NCBI GenBank assembly: GCA_016748015.1
Contig: JAAOMT010000657.1
Coordinates: 124,001-188,000, forward strand
DNA length: 64,000 nucleotides
Source: Geosiphon pyriformis uo1
Lineage: Eukaryota > Fungi > Glomeromycota
Direction of reading: 5' to 3'
Part shown: one piece after another, positions 24,526-39,600 of the stretch
Layout: each line of letters starts with the position of its first letter
How positions within the stretch are numbered: position 1 is the first letter of the stretch
The notes under the pieces: model-generated
Told to the model about the DNA's origin: nothing
The model's database searches: none
Seen by the model: the letters and a program-made list of their open reading frames with translations, nothing else
Program-made: the position numbers and the translations under genes

Positions 24526-27441
24526 TGTTATCTTTAAATCAATAGCTGTTAACTCTATACAAAAAAATATTCTGGTCATTGTTATGAGTAAACTTGGTAA
24601 AGTATTTTGGTAACATTTGGTGCTCTAAATTTGGATAATAAGAGCTTGAAAGTTTTGATTCTAAATACTTAAAGTGAGTTAATAATATTAATTTCTAAAG
24701 GTTTTTGCTAATTTTATTTGTAAAGTTCTTTAGTTATAAGGCACATAAAGATGTTTGGCTGTTTGTAACTTATATATATGAGCTATTTTCTCTGAACTAG
24801 TTAAGTGCAATTGCTAGAATTTGGCAGTGTCTTTTTACTCTTCTGATAAGTTAACAAGATAATATTAATATCTAATTCTAAAGGAAGCTTCTTTCTTTTA
24901 CCAGACTATCATAAAATCTATTTTCAGACAATCAATTTTCCAATATTGCTGTTCTACAAGATAATAAAAAAATAAAATAAAATAAATTAGTATTATCAAT
25001 TGTCATAATTAAGAATGATTGATCTGAGTTGTTATTGTTTAAAACAATTTTATGTTAAAAGCATCTGGCCAAAAATGAAAGTAAATTAATGATTAGTTTA
25101 GGTTAAACATAAAAATCAGAAATTATGTATAAGTAAATTTAAATTTTGAATATTTTTTTTATTTAAGTGATATAAATATATAAATAAAATAGATCTAACA
25201 GATATAAGTAAAAAAGATGTATTTTCTATCTATTTCTGTCTGGTTTTTTTCTTTATTATTAAAACTACTTATTTTTTATATATATTTCTAGTTTTATAAG
25301 ATTGCTTTTAATTACTTGTTATTACTAACTATTGTTTGCTATTTTTGTTGTGCTTTATTTTTTTATATTATAATTAATTATTCTATATTATAACTAATTT
25401 TTTCATATTATTGTGTATTATCTTATGTTATTTTGAATTATAATACATTATTCTGTGTTATTTTATATTATTACATTTTTTTAAATTATCACATTTTTAA
25501 TTACGTTTTTTCTAATATTTTTTGGTTTGGTTTTTTTACTTAGATAATATTATCTTTTTTTTTTAGAATTAAGCTTCTGCAAAATTATATGCATCTGTAA
25601 AAATTGTTTCCATAATATAATGTTCAATTGTTGTATTGAGTATTGCTTTTTGTAGATTTTCAAACTATGTTATTTATCCTATGCTGTTAACTATAATAGT
25701 TTTTAGTGTATTATCTAGCAGTATGACTAAACAGTATTTAAAGACTACATATAATCAGTAAATTGTTTTATAATGTAGTATTAAGTTGTTTTTTTTACAA
25801 ATTTTTTTACTTGTTTAAGAGCTTTTTTGTTAAAGATTTGTCTGTTAAGATCTTTGTATAGTGTCTTTAATTTTATTTGTTTATTAATTCTAAAAAACTA
25901 GTAGACTAGTAAAAGTTTTTATTTTTACTTTTTGGCATTTTTTAGTGTCTATTCTTCTGTTACTGATTTCAAGTTTAGCCTGCTTAAAGCTTTTCTAATT
26001 TTTTTAAGCTTTGTTCAACACATATTTTTTAGTTAAACTCTTACTCACTCTTTTTTGTGTAAATTTCTGTATTATATCTCTTTCCTATTAATTGTAGTTT
26101 CAATTAGTGTTGTGAATTGTTAAATTGTTTCAAATAGTTATTTTGAAAGTTTTAGAATTTGATCTAAAAAATTCATGTTGAGAGTTTTATTATTTATTTT
26201 TTTGCTGTTTTGGTTCTTATATATACTTAAATTTTCCAATTTAAATTATTACACTTAACTATAATTTAATAATAATAATTGGTTCTAAATTTTGTGATAT
26301 ATTTTTTAGTTTGATTAATAAAATTTGTGTTTTTAATTGAAGTATAAATAATGATGATTTTTGGTTAATATAATAAATTTTTAGATAATTTTCATGTATT
26401 ATTTTCTTTAAAATTTTTTCTTCCAATTGTAATTTGTAAGCTTCATTGCTTAAAACTTTGTGTATATGAATTGGTCTGTTCTATTTTGGGTCAAACTTTT
26501 TACTTTACTGTTTTTTAGCTTTAGTATAATATAATAATACTTTGTCTTCAATCTTGAATTCAATTGGTTGGTCAAATAAACAATTGTTATGTCTTTCTTT
26601 TTGTTATTTTTGAGCATTATTAATATTGTCAGCTGCTGTTCTGTGATTGTTTTTTAATGTTTCTATTAGCTAATATGTTTTTTAATACAAAGTAGCTTTA
26701 AAATTTTCTTTAGTAATTGTTTCTGTTGGAAAAAAAAATATTTTTTATTTAATAAATAGAGTGGTTTTTCTTTAGTGTTCAATATGTAAATAATACAGAA
26801 GATATGAATAAATTCTATTCTTGTGCATTTTTGTAATTTATTTTTGCTAATGATTTATATAATATTAAGTTAAATTGTATTATTAATTTGTTTGTTTGTG
26901 AATAATATAGTAATAATAATGGTTGTTTTATTCTAAATTATTAGCTTAATTTAATTAATGTACTATTGACAAAATAAATTTTTTGGTCAAATAATAATTT
27001 TTTTGGGCATTTATGTTGGCAAATCAGATTTTGATACACAAATTTGGCTATTGTTTTAGCATCAGCCAATAAAATAGTTCTGATTTCAGGCTATTTAGTA
27101 AGGTATTTTATAGCTACAGCAATATAACAATTTTTTTTGAATGTAATTGAGAGAGAACAATTTTAATTCTATCAAATAAATTTCCAACTAAAATAAGTTA
27201 AAGTGGTTTTATGGTTTTGACTCCTTTTTTTTATTGGCATAAATCACAGTTAATAATGTATTCAAAAATATTTTTATATATTATTGGCCAATAGTATAAA
27301 TTTATCATTTTTTTTAAAGTAGTGTTTTTGTTAAAGTGTTCTATAGTTGGATTAGAATGTATGTTATGCATAATAGTTTTTTTCTTATTGTTTTTTATAA
27401 CTTATTGTAGAATAATACAGTTTTGGCATTTTTAATGGTTT
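24526..27441 (-). mobile_element. Second Gypsy family Gy2, degenerate: integrase, post-integrase region, putative 3' LTR (24526-25549)
   Basis: Reverse complement reads YIAVAIKYLTK*PE..AKFVYQNLICQHKCP and QKERH..FKIEDKVLLY..KFDPK*NRPIHIHKVLSNEAYKL; LTR ends T(G>A)TTATCT..AGATAACA; LTR segment 24783-25083 recurs at 35675-35994. Confidence 0.75.
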
Positions 27442-30400
27442 TGTTACAGTTGAAATCCATAGTGTTACGGATTGGAGTAACAAGCTAATGGATAGCAAAG
27501 GAGAACAAAATTGTAGGGTGATAGAAATAATCAAAGGGAAATTCAACTTTAAAGAGTGAATTGAATGAGTATGGATTCAATGTGAGAGATTAGTCTCATA
27601 AAATATCTCAGTCGCTATTTTTTTCAAAGGTAACTGGGAATCTGAAGGTAGAGGGATAGTCCATACTGTCAACAATTGATCACCACTGATATAATTCTAT
27701 GCCTTATATCAGCACTCTTAGAATTCAATATTAGGTATCAACTTGTGCTTTTCAGTCATGTTTATTCAAATAATCTTCAAATGCTACAATTATATACATC
27801 AGAAAAAAGCCAACAAGTAATCTTTTATCCTAAGATGTTCGGATACTTGAAGGTAGGAAAAAGGAAATTAGCGATAAAAGAGTGATTAAGATGAAAGTTG
27901 TTATTTTTATTTATTTGATTCTTGTCTAAGAGATGATTTTCTACAGCTAAGAGACTCATTACTTATATATCTATTGAAAGTGGTCAATAATCACTATCTA
28001 AAAATAAAGTGGCTAATTATATGACATCAGTGATTAATACATGTGATAACTAATAAAAATTATGGGTTTCAACTGTAACAATAGTTTTTATTAGTTATCA
28101 CATATATTAGCCACTAATATTATATAATTAGCCATCTTATTTTTAGATAGTAATCATTGACTTAATTAATAACTTAATTATTGATTTAATTGTTAACTAT
28201 TTTTAATAGCTATATAAGTGATAAGTCTCTCAAATATAGCAAAGCATATAGCAATTAATTAAAAATAAATAAAATAATAACTATTATCTCAATCTTTTTC
28301 CTATTACTTATTCTCTTTTTTTTTACCTTTAAGTATCCAAACATCTTGAAATAAAAGATTATTTGTTAGCATTCACATATTTTTTTCTGACTTGTATAAT
28401 TGTAGCATTTGAAGATTATTAAATAAAATATAACTAAAGAGTATATCTGATATTTGATATTAAATTTTAAGAGTGCTAACATAAGACATAAAATTATATT
28501 AGTGTGTTATTATTTGTTGACAATATGAATTATCTCTTTACCTTCAAATTTTTTGGTTAACTTTTGAAAAGAGATATTTTATGAGACTAATCTCACATAT
28601 TGAATTTATACTTATTCAATTCACTTTTTAAAATTGAATTTTTTTTGATTAATTCTATTACCTTACAATTTTGTTCTCTCTTGTAATCTTTTAACTTGTT
28701 ACTCCAACCCATAACATAAAAGTGGTGCTTCTTGTAAGGTTGTCAACATTTATTTGTTTTTTATTGTATAAGTAATTATTTATATCTGCCACAACAATCA
28801 GAAAAATACTTTAAAATACATAACAAAAACGACCTAGATTTTATTGCATTCAATTTTTTGCCTTTCTGCTTGATCTGCTTCTCTCTTAAAAAACAATTTA
28901 GTAAACAATTCCAAAACTTTTGAAACTGGTTCTTGAAAAAATATATTTACACAGCCTATTTAACTTATTTTTTTAATCAAGTTTACTTTGAAAAAACTTC
29001 TAAAAAAAGAAACAACAGCATCAATTAGCTTTTATACTCAATAACTTTTAAACAACAGCCTTCTAATTTCGAATATCTAAACTATCAAATCCACTTTTGG
29101 CTTGCTGTCTATTAATTAGCTAAAACCTTTTTTAAAACAGAAAAAAAAAGCTATTAAACCACTTCTGTTTTTTATCTTTTTTTAAATAAATTAGATTATT
29201 CTATATAAACAGCTACTTCTGAACCAATAGTTATTAATCCCATGCAAGCAAACATCCTGGCTGCCTTCTAAGATATACAAACTGCTCTAGAGTGAAGAAA
29301 CAACATCCTATTACTATTATTCAGAGATAATACACAAAATTCAATTAAATAATTGGATAACTTTAAGAGAGCTGTTACAACCAACCAATATGATAATAAA
29401 TATAAGTTTTAAATTATTGGTGGCTACCTTCAAGGCTCTTTTGCTACTTGGTTTTTACAAAAAACTGATGCTGGTGCCCTTTAAAAGATTATTAAATAGA
29501 CACCAACTAATGCTGAAAAAAACAACACTTTTTTTACTATTCAATTTGAAAATAAATTTAGAACTTCAATCTTAATATTTAAGTGGTATATGGAATTAAA
29601 AAAAAAACTTAAGATCCTAGTGAAATTGTAATTAAATATGCCAAAGCAATCAGAAAACTTATCAAATTAGTAGAATCTAAAAAAAACTAGACAAAAGAGC
29701 AAAAGATTCATTTCTTTACAAAAGGATTAAAAACTAATTTTTTATATGCTCTTTGGTTCTATTTAGCTTTAAAAAATAACCTCACCATGAATATGACTAT
29801 TAAACTTGCTTAAAAAATAGAAAACAACCAAAGAATGCACTTGAAATCTACACTTCTAGTTTTTGCTTTTGCTTTTGTTATGGTTTTTGTTTTCCAAATA
29901 GCTGCTGTCTTTTTTGCTGCTCAAATTTAAGACCCAAATAAACAATTAATAGATAGACTTACAGTCAATCTTGCTTAATTACTAGAATCTCTAACTTAAG
30001 CAGTTAAAAAAACTTAACAACCACAAAAATTTAAATTTAAACTATGCTTTAATTAGCTTTAGCAATCATTATATTAAAAACAACAAAATTGTGACCTACC
30101 AATATGTTATTGCTGTAGATTAACTAGACATTTTTTAAGAAATTACAACAATCCAATTTTGTTCCTTCCAGCTTTTAAAAACAATAATATTTAAAACAAT
30201 AAATCCAACAATTACAATATCTTTAATCAAAGACTTAATCATGCTAATATCAATTTTTTTGGAGAAAATCCCTTAGTTGAAGTCACTGTTTACCAGTTTT
30301 TAAACTAATAAGTATATTTTTAAAAAGTAAAAGTATAAGCAAACTAAAAAAAAACCTCTTTTACATTTTTAATTTAACTGATAATAACCATAATATAGAT

Positions 30401-33400
30401 AAACTGGCTATTAACTTCTCTGACTTAACAAGAAAAAAAAAAGCAAAGATTGATTTTACCTTGAACTCTAATAAAACTTTTACATCAACTGCTGATAATA
30501 ATAAGCCACCAAAAACATAAATTTTCAAGAATTTTCTAAAGCTAAAACCCCCAAAAATTATACAAAAATTTGGTTCTTATTCTATTATCAAAAATTTTAT
30601 GAAAACACCAGCTTATATTACCTTTGGCCAGTTAATAACTCATCTATAGTTTAGAAAAAATCTTTATAAATTTTTGATCCCAAAAAAAAAGACATTAAAA
30701 ACTAATAAATGCTCTTACCAAGCTAAACTTGTTAACAATAACAATATTATTCATTTGATTTACAAAGCACAAATGACTAGTTACTTTATTAATCTGATCT
30801 TAAACAGTGGGTTGTTTGTTAATATTATTGCCAAATACTTTTTTAAAGCAATTAACAAAAAAATTGATGAACTTTCTACTTGACTAATAATCAATATATA
30901 TGGTAACAAGAAGAAAAATCTGAATATGTCTTTGTTCACATTAATAATATTAGTATTAAAATTAACATGAAAGTTTTTGAAGCCAAAGAATACATCATTA
31001 TTGTTGGCAATAAATGGTTTAAGAAAGCAAAAGCATTACTTAATTATAAACTGTGTGAATTAGTTATTAGATATAGTAAAAAACCCATTGTAATTAAGTG
31101 CTGCTATTAGACAACTCCTTCAACAATCAAGCAGAACCAAAAAAAAGAACAAATCCAATGAATTAGATGATAAAAAAGCAATAAAGAAGAAAAAAAAAAA
31201 AACTGCTAAACTTGTCTATACCATTTTTACCAGCAATAACAAACTATTAGATAATATTAAAGCAGACAAAAAAAAAATTATTGTAAATAGCAAAATAATT
31301 TGTTGGTCTTATTATAATATGCTCAAAAAAACTTTTAACCAAAAATTTGGCAAAAAAGCTAAATACAGCTATTGATGACATGGTTTTTGTGTTTAGTATT
31401 GGTGTGATAAATTTCTGTATTTTTCTAGCAATGAATGCAAATCTTGCCTAATTTATTACAAAAATTGAGAATTTATTAGCTTAATACCAAAGAAAAAGAT
31501 AAAAAAAATACTAAAGTTTTTTGAAAATAAACCACCAGAAATACAGTTATTAATAATAAAGCAAAAAAACTCTCTTTAGAAAAAAAAAGATAGACATTAA
31601 AAATTAATTGGCTAGAAACAGCCCAGTTATCTCAAAAAAAGATGATACCTCTAAACATATTCATGTAATACAACATACTATTACCATCAGAAAAACTTGT
31701 CTTATTTATCTGAAGTTATATTAGTTTAATTAACACAATAATAAATTTATTAAGAAAAAAATAAACCAGATAAAAAATCTTGGATTCATACAAGAAACCA
31801 AAAATGAATGAGCTTTTTTAGTAGTAATAATATTCAAAAAAGATGGAATTCTATGCTTCTGTGTTGACTACCAATAATTAAATATTATTATTAAAAAAAA
31901 CATATACTCATTTCCCAAAATTAATGCAATACTAGACAAATTTAATAGTGCTGCTTTTTTTTTAACTATTGACTTAACTGCTGAATTCTGGCAAGTAAAA
32001 ATAGATCCAAAAAGCAAAAAGAAAACTGTTTTCATCACTAAGTATGGCATTTATAAATTCACAGTTATGCTTTTTGGTCTTACCAATGCTTTTTTTACTT
32101 TTTAATACTTAATGGACAAAGTATTTAAATCAATAAAAGAAAACTTTGTTTTGGTCTATTTAGACGACATAATAGTATACTCAAATTTCTGAAATAAACA
32201 CTTTGAATATTTACAAAAAAATTTTGATCTCCTTAGAAATGCTGGTCTCAAGATTAACTCAATTAAATTTTTTATTGAACATCAATTCATTCAGTTTCTT
32301 GGTTATTTTATTATAAAAAATAGAATCTTTTCTAATTTAGCCAAAGTTGAAAAAGTCCAGAATATTAAACAACCAATGAATGTTTATAAACTATGCTTTT
32401 TCCTTGAATTGGCCTTTTATTATTATAAATTCATTAAAAATTTCTCCAAAATCAGCTTTTTTTTTAATTAACTACTTAAGAAAACTGTCAATTATTACTG
32501 GAATACATATTAACAAAAAACATTTAAAACTTTAAAGAAAAAATTGGATCAATTTTTTATTCTCCATATTAATATATCTGGCCATAAACTTGGTGCTGTC
32601 TTCTTACAAAAAAATAAAAATAGCAAAGAATATACTATAGTATATACAAGTAGAACAATCTTACCAGCAAAACAGAACTATTTAATTACTAAGCAAAAAT
32701 GTTTATTTGTAGTTTAAACTACTAGTTATTAGAATAAATATCTTCTTGATGTAAAATTCTTAGTGATAACAAATTATCAAGTCTTGGTTTGGTTATACAA
32801 CAAAAAAAAGCTGAAACACAAAAAAATAACTTGCTGGATACTCTATATAAATAAATTTAACTATAATATTCAATATTACAAAGGAGCAAATTATCAAAAT
32901 ACTGATACTTTTTCTAAACTTACTATCTAGTAACAATAAAATTTTTCAACCAAACCAATTTAATTATTAGTATCTTTTTCTTCAACAAACATGATAATAG
33001 ACCTAAATAACTATTCTTCCTTAATAGAATTTTTGGATAAAAAATAATATTCACTGGACTACATATAATAGCAAAAAAAACATTTGTGCAAACAATCAAA
33101 TTTTTATTTGATCTGCCAAAACCAACTTTACAAAAAAAATAGAAAAGATTTTGACTGCCTCCAAAAAATCACCAAATTGAAGAAAGAAAAATTGTAATCT
33201 ATAACATATATACTGATTCATTAGCTGAATACTTTAAAAAAACAAAAACAATTCAGAAAACTTTAACTTACTATTATTGACCTATCTTAGGAAAAAACAT
33301 TGTTAAATACATCAAAATCTGTAATACTTGCCAAAAAAAAGGAAAATCCAATTATAAAGAAAATATATATTCTATTTTTGTTGACCAACTATTTAACAGA

Positions 33401-35674
33401 ATTGGTATAGATGTTATTAAATCTTTAACAATAACTCTTAATAACAACAGTTATATTATTACAGCTACTGATTATTTTACAAAGTAGGTAAAAGCAAAAG
33501 CCACTTCAAATTAAACAATAGTCTCTATAACCAATTTTATTTATAAAAATATTATTTGTTGCCATGACTATACTAAAAAACTTTTATCTGATAAAAAAAA
33601 AGTTTTTTTTAGTACATTGGTTAAAAAATTTTGTAAAAAAATGAGAATACATTATAAACTTTCTTCTTTTTATTATTTTTAAACAAATAGTTTAGTAAAA
33701 TATTTCAACAGAACATTATATAAAACATTAGCCAAAACCAGTAAAAAAACAAACTTATGAAACAAAGTGCTGTCTTTAATCTTGTTTACTTATAGAACTA
33801 TAAATTATAACATAACAAGTTATGAACTTTTTATCTGCTCTATAAATAAATGGTGATTTTATTAATAAAAACTGATATTGAGACAATACTTTTTGAAAAA
33901 ATTACAATAGGGAATTACAAAAATATTTTGCAAAGAAGACTTAATACTATTTTTAATTTCTTAGTAAAAGCATAAATAATTGTCTTTAAAAAAATAAAAC
34001 AGTTCCAAAAAAAGCTTAAGAAAAGGAAAACCTATAAAATATTTTCCTTAAATATTGGTAACTTAGTTTTAAAATATTGCTCAAACAGAAACAATGTTTA
34101 TAATAATAAGTTTCTAGTTAAGAAAAGACTCTTTATAGTCAATAAAGGTTTGAACAATAGTTTTTATATTTTACAAGATCAATATAAAACAATCTTTAAT
34201 GATTACTTTGTTTATGATACACAACTCAAAAAATATTACAAACGACCTGATTGGTTATCTGTTGTAATAATACCAACCCAAATAATCAGCAAAAATCAGA
34301 TATAAATAAATGTACTATTTTCAAAACAGAGATATCTTTAATTAACATGAACAATTATTTCCTAGATCAAAACATTCAAAATGTTTTTTATACTCTTTAT
34401 AAATATTGGATCAAAAATTATTCAAATATTACTTTGATTATTGAAAAACAAACCACCATAATTGATAACAATAAAACACATACTGTTATTAGACCAAAAA
34501 AAATTACTACCAAAAGAAAAAAAATTGTTAACAAAATAAATAAATACCTGCTAAAAAGTATAATAACAGTAATACTTTCACCTTCTATTACAATTGGAAA
34601 AATAATTAAAAAAATCTTGTCTATAGACAAAAACTTGTTATATAGAAGACAACTAGAACTTTATAATTATCTTGGTAAAATTACAGAAGATATAAAGCTC
34701 TTAAAAAAAAAAAACTTCAGAGATACAAATGAAAATTTTGGGCATTATATGGTTAAATGTTCCAAGAGGTTGATTATTGCTAAAAAAACCAAAACTTTTA
34801 TATAAAGATTTGGTTTTTTGTATACAAAACTTATTTTATTTCAGATACTATATATCTTATTTACAAAAAACTTTAATAAACTAATTAGCTTTGAGTTAGA
34901 TAAAACTTTTCAAATAGAATACCCCATAAATAATTTGATTTTGTTAGAGCTTAATTTCTTTGGAAAAAATAATATTATAATTGAAACTTATATATTCTAT
35001 TAATTATTACATGTATTAACTACTAATATTATATAATTAGCTATTCTATTTTTAAATAATAATCATTAATCTGATTAATAACCTAATTGTTAACCTAATT
35101 ATTAACCTGATCATTGACCTAGTCATTGATTTGGTTATTAATTATTTTTAATAGCTATATAAGCAATAAATCTCTTAACTGTAGAAAAATATGTAAAAAA
35201 TTAAAAAAAGCAAAGAAATAAAATAACAACTTTATCTTAATCCTTCTTTTTTCACTAAGTTTTCTTTCCTTATCTTTAAATATTTGAACATCTTGAAATA
35301 AAAGATTACTTGTTGGTATTTACTTACCCTTTTTTTGATTTGTATAATTGTAGCATTTAAAAATTATTAAATAAAATATAACTAAAGAGTATATCTAATA
35401 CCTAATATTAAATTTTAAGAATGCTGACATAAGGCATAATATTATACCAGTGTGTTATTATTTGTTGACAGTACAAACTATATCTCTACTTTTAGATTTC
35501 CTGGTTATTTTTTGAAAAAAATAGCAACTAAGATATTTTATGAGACTAATCTTATATATTGAATTTATACTTATTCAATTTGCTCTTTGAAGTTGAATCC
35601 TTTTTGATTAATTCTATCACCTACAATCTTGTTTTCTTTTGCTATTTATTAGATTGTTATTTCAACTCATAACA
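27442..35674 (+). mobile_element. Gy1 copy D, full-length but heavily mutated (LTRs 27442-28716 and 34973-35674)
   Basis: All Gy1 modules collinear with B and E (PBS 28723, gag, TTTAAAC 30299, PR, RT YLDD ~32157, IN, ORF3 34251-35003); flanks differ (GTTT vs CTAT). Confidence 0.92.
27463..28080 (-). repeat. Inverted Gy1 solo LTR inserted 21 bp into the 5' LTR of copy D
   Basis: TGTTACGG..GTAACA ends; TSD ATAG at 27459-27462 and 28081-28084. Confidence 0.93.
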
Positions 35675-35994
35675 CTATTTTCTTTGAGATAATCAAGTAT
35701 AGTCACTAGGATTTAGTAGTATCTTTTTATTTTTTTGGTAAGCTAATAAGATAATATTAATATTCAATTCTAGAAAAAGCTTCCTTTTTTTTACCAGGCT
35801 ATTACAAAGTCTATTTTTAGACACTTAATTTTACAATGTTGGCACTTCACAAAAAAAAAATAAATAAATAAAAAATAAAATAAAAATAAAAATAAATTAA
35901 TTTTATTAATTATCATAATCAAGAGTGATTGATCCAAGTTGTTATTTGTTCAAGATAGTTTTATGCTAAGAGCATCTAGCCAGGAATAAAAGTA
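35675..35994 (-). repeat. Fragment of Gy2 LTR
   Basis: Collinear with 24783-25083 (e.g. AAGATAATATTAATA, GAGTTGTTATT/AAGTTGTTATT, GCATCT[GA]GCCA). Confidence 0.8.
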
Positions 35995-36552
35995 TTTTTG
36001 GTCAGTTAATAATTCATCTACAGTTCAGAAAAAATCTTTACAAATTATTGATTCTAAAGAAAAAGACACCAAAAACCAACAAATATTCTTGTCAAGCTAA
36101 ACTTTTTAACAATAGTAATATTATTTCTCTAATTTGCAAAGTCCAAGTGGCTGGTTATTTTATTGACTTGATTATAAATAGTAAATCAATTATAAGTGTT
36201 ATTGCTAAACATTTTTTAGAAGTTTTTAGTAAAAAAATTAATAAATTCTTTACTAGATTTATGATCAATATATATGATAACAAAAAGAAAAAACTTGGTA
36301 TTATTAAAGCTATTTTTGTTTACATCAATAGCATAAACATTGAAATTAACATAAAAGTTTCTGAAACTAAAAGATACACTATTATTGTTGACAATAAATG
36401 GCTTAAGAAAGCCAAAGCTTTGCTTAATTATAAGCTGTATAAATTAATTATTAGATATAATAAAAAGCTTATTGTAATTAAGTATTGTCATTGAGCAACT
36501 TTTTCAATAACCAAGCTGAACCAAGAAAAAAAACAATCAAATGAATCAGATA

Positions 36553-36622
<70 letters not shown>

Positions 36623-39600
36623 AAAAAGAAACTGCTAAATTTACTTACATTACTTTTACTAACAATAGCAAACCACTAGACAATATTAAAGCTGACAAAA
36701 AAAAATTATCATAAATGGCAAGCTAATCTGTTGGCCTTACTATAATATACTTAAAAAAAGCTTTAACAAAAAACTTAATAAGAAAGCCAAATACAATTAT
36801 TGGTAGTATAATTCTTATGCTTAATACTAATACAATAAATTATTGTATTCTCTTAATAATAAATAAATATCTTGCCTAATCTATTATAAAGATTAGAAAC
36901 TTATTAGCCTAATATCAAAATAAAAAATAAAAAAATTGCAAAACTACTTTGAAAATAAACCACTTGAAATTCAATTACTATCTGTAAACAAAAAAACCTT
37001 TCTTTTAAAGAAAGAAAAATAGACATTAAAAACCTACTGGCTAAAAACAGCCCAATTATATTAAAAGAAAGTGATACTTTTAGACATACTTATGTAATAC
37101 AACATATTATTACCATCAGAAAAACTTGCTCTATTTACTTAAAATCTTACTAATTTAATTGCCATAATTATGAGTTCATTAAGAAAAAAATAAACCAAAT
37201 AAAAAACCTTAAATTTATACAAAAAATTAAGAGCAAATAAATATTCTTAATTATAATAATATTCAAAAAAGATTGAATTCTACACTTTTGTGTTAACTAC
37301 CACCAATTAAATATTATTATTGAAAGAAACATGTATCTACTTCTTAAGATTAATACAATATTAGATTAATTTAATAGTACTGTTTTTTTCTTAATTATTA
37401 ACCTAACTGCTGGATTTTGGTAAGTAAAAATAGATCCAGAAAGTCCAAAAAAAACTGCTTTTATTATCAAGTATAGTATATATGAATTTACAGTCATGTC
37501 TTTTGGTTTTATTAATACTTTTTTTATCTTTTAATATTTAATAGATAAAATATTTGAATCAGTAAAAAAAACTTTGTTTTAGTTTACTTAAATAACATAA
37601 TAGTATATTCAAAAATCTTAGATGAACACCTTAAATATTTGTGAAAAGTTTTTGATCTTTTCAGAAATACTGGTCTTAAAATCAACCCAATCAATTTTTT
37701 TTAGATAATAATTTACCCAATTTCTTGGTTATTTTATTACAAAAAATGGAATTTTTTCTGATCCAGCCAAAGTTAAAAAAATCCAAAATATTAAATAACC
37801 AATAAACATTTATAAACTATGCTTTTTTTTGGTTTGGCATTTTATTATCAAAAGTTTGTCAAAAATTTCTCCAAAATTGTCTTTTTTTTTAACCAGTTAC
37901 TTAAAAAAACTGTCAATTATTATTGAAACACACATTAACAAAAAGTCTTTAAAATTTTAAAAAAAAAATTAATTATTAAACCAATTTTTATGTAATCTGA
38001 TTTGAATCAATCTTTTATTCTTTACACTAATGCATTTGGCTTTAAACTTAATGCTGTTTTCTTTCAGAAAAATAAAAATAGCAAAGAACATATTATAGCT
38101 TATGCCAGCTGATTATTTTTCTCAGCAGAACAAAACTATTTAATTACTAAACAGGAATGTCTGAAAGTAGTATGGACTATTAATTATTGAAATAAATATT
38201 TTCTTGATGCCAAATTCTTGGTAATAACAGATTATCAAGTTTTGATTTAGCTATGCAAAAAAAAAAGCTGAAACACAAATAAATAATCTGCTGAATATTT
38301 TACTTGGATAAATTTAATTATAACATATATCATCATAAAAAAGCAAATTATCAAAATACTAATGCTTTTTCTAAATTTACTATTCAGTGATAGTACAACT
38401 TTTACAAACCAAAACAACTTAATTATTAGTAACTTTTTTTTAACTAAATACAATAATGAACTTGGACAACTATTCTGCTTTAATAAAATTTTTGGATAAA
38501 AGACAATATCCATCAGACAATACTTAATAACAAAAAAAACAATTACAAAAACAATTAAATTTTTATTTAATCTACCAGAACCAATTATACAAAAAAAATA
38601 AAAAAGATTCTGATTGTTTTTAGAGTTATCAAATTTGAAAAAAAATTGTAATCTACAATACACACACTGATCTATTAGCTGAACACTTTGAAAAAACTAA
38701 AATAATTTAGAAAACTCTAGCTTGTTATTGCTAGTTTATTTTGAAAAAAGACATTACTAATTATATTAAAACCTGTAATATTTGCCAAATAAAAAAAAAC
38801 CCAATTACAAAGAAGATATTCATTCAATTTCTATTGGTTAATCATTTAACAGAATTGGTATAAATATTATTGAATCTTTAATAATAACTCTTGATAACAA
38901 CAAATATATTATTATAGTTATTAATTATTTTATAAAATAAGTAAAAACAAAAACCACTCTAGATCAAATAACAGTTTTCATAGCCAATTTCATATATGAA
39001 AATATTATTTGTTGTCATGGCTGCCTAAAAAAACTTTTATCTAATAGAAAAAAACTTTTCTTAATACATTGGTTAAAAAACTTTGTAAAAAATAGGAATA
39101 TATTATAAACTCTCTTTTTTTTATTATTTTTAAACAAATAACTTAGTAAAACATTTTAATAAAACATTATGTGAAATCTTAGCCAAAACCAGTAAAAAAA
39201 CAAATCTATAAAACAAAATACTGCCTTTAGTTTTGTTTGTTTATAGAACTGTAAATCATAATATAACAAGTTATAAATCTTTTATTTGCTCTATGAACAA
39301 ATAGCAACTCTATTAATAGAAACCAACATTAAAACAATACTCTTTAAAAAAATCACAATAGGAAATTATAAAAACATTTTGCAAAGAAGATTTGATATCA
39401 TTCTTAACTTATTAGTAAAAGCACAAATAATTGTTTTTGAAAAAATAAAACAGTTCCAAAAGAAGCTTAAGAAAAAAAAAACTTATAAAACACTTTTTTT
39501 AAGTGTTGGTAACTTAGTTTTGGAATATTATTTAGACAAAAACAATGTTTATAATAATAAATTCTCTAGCTGATAGAAAAAACTCTTTATAATTAATAAA

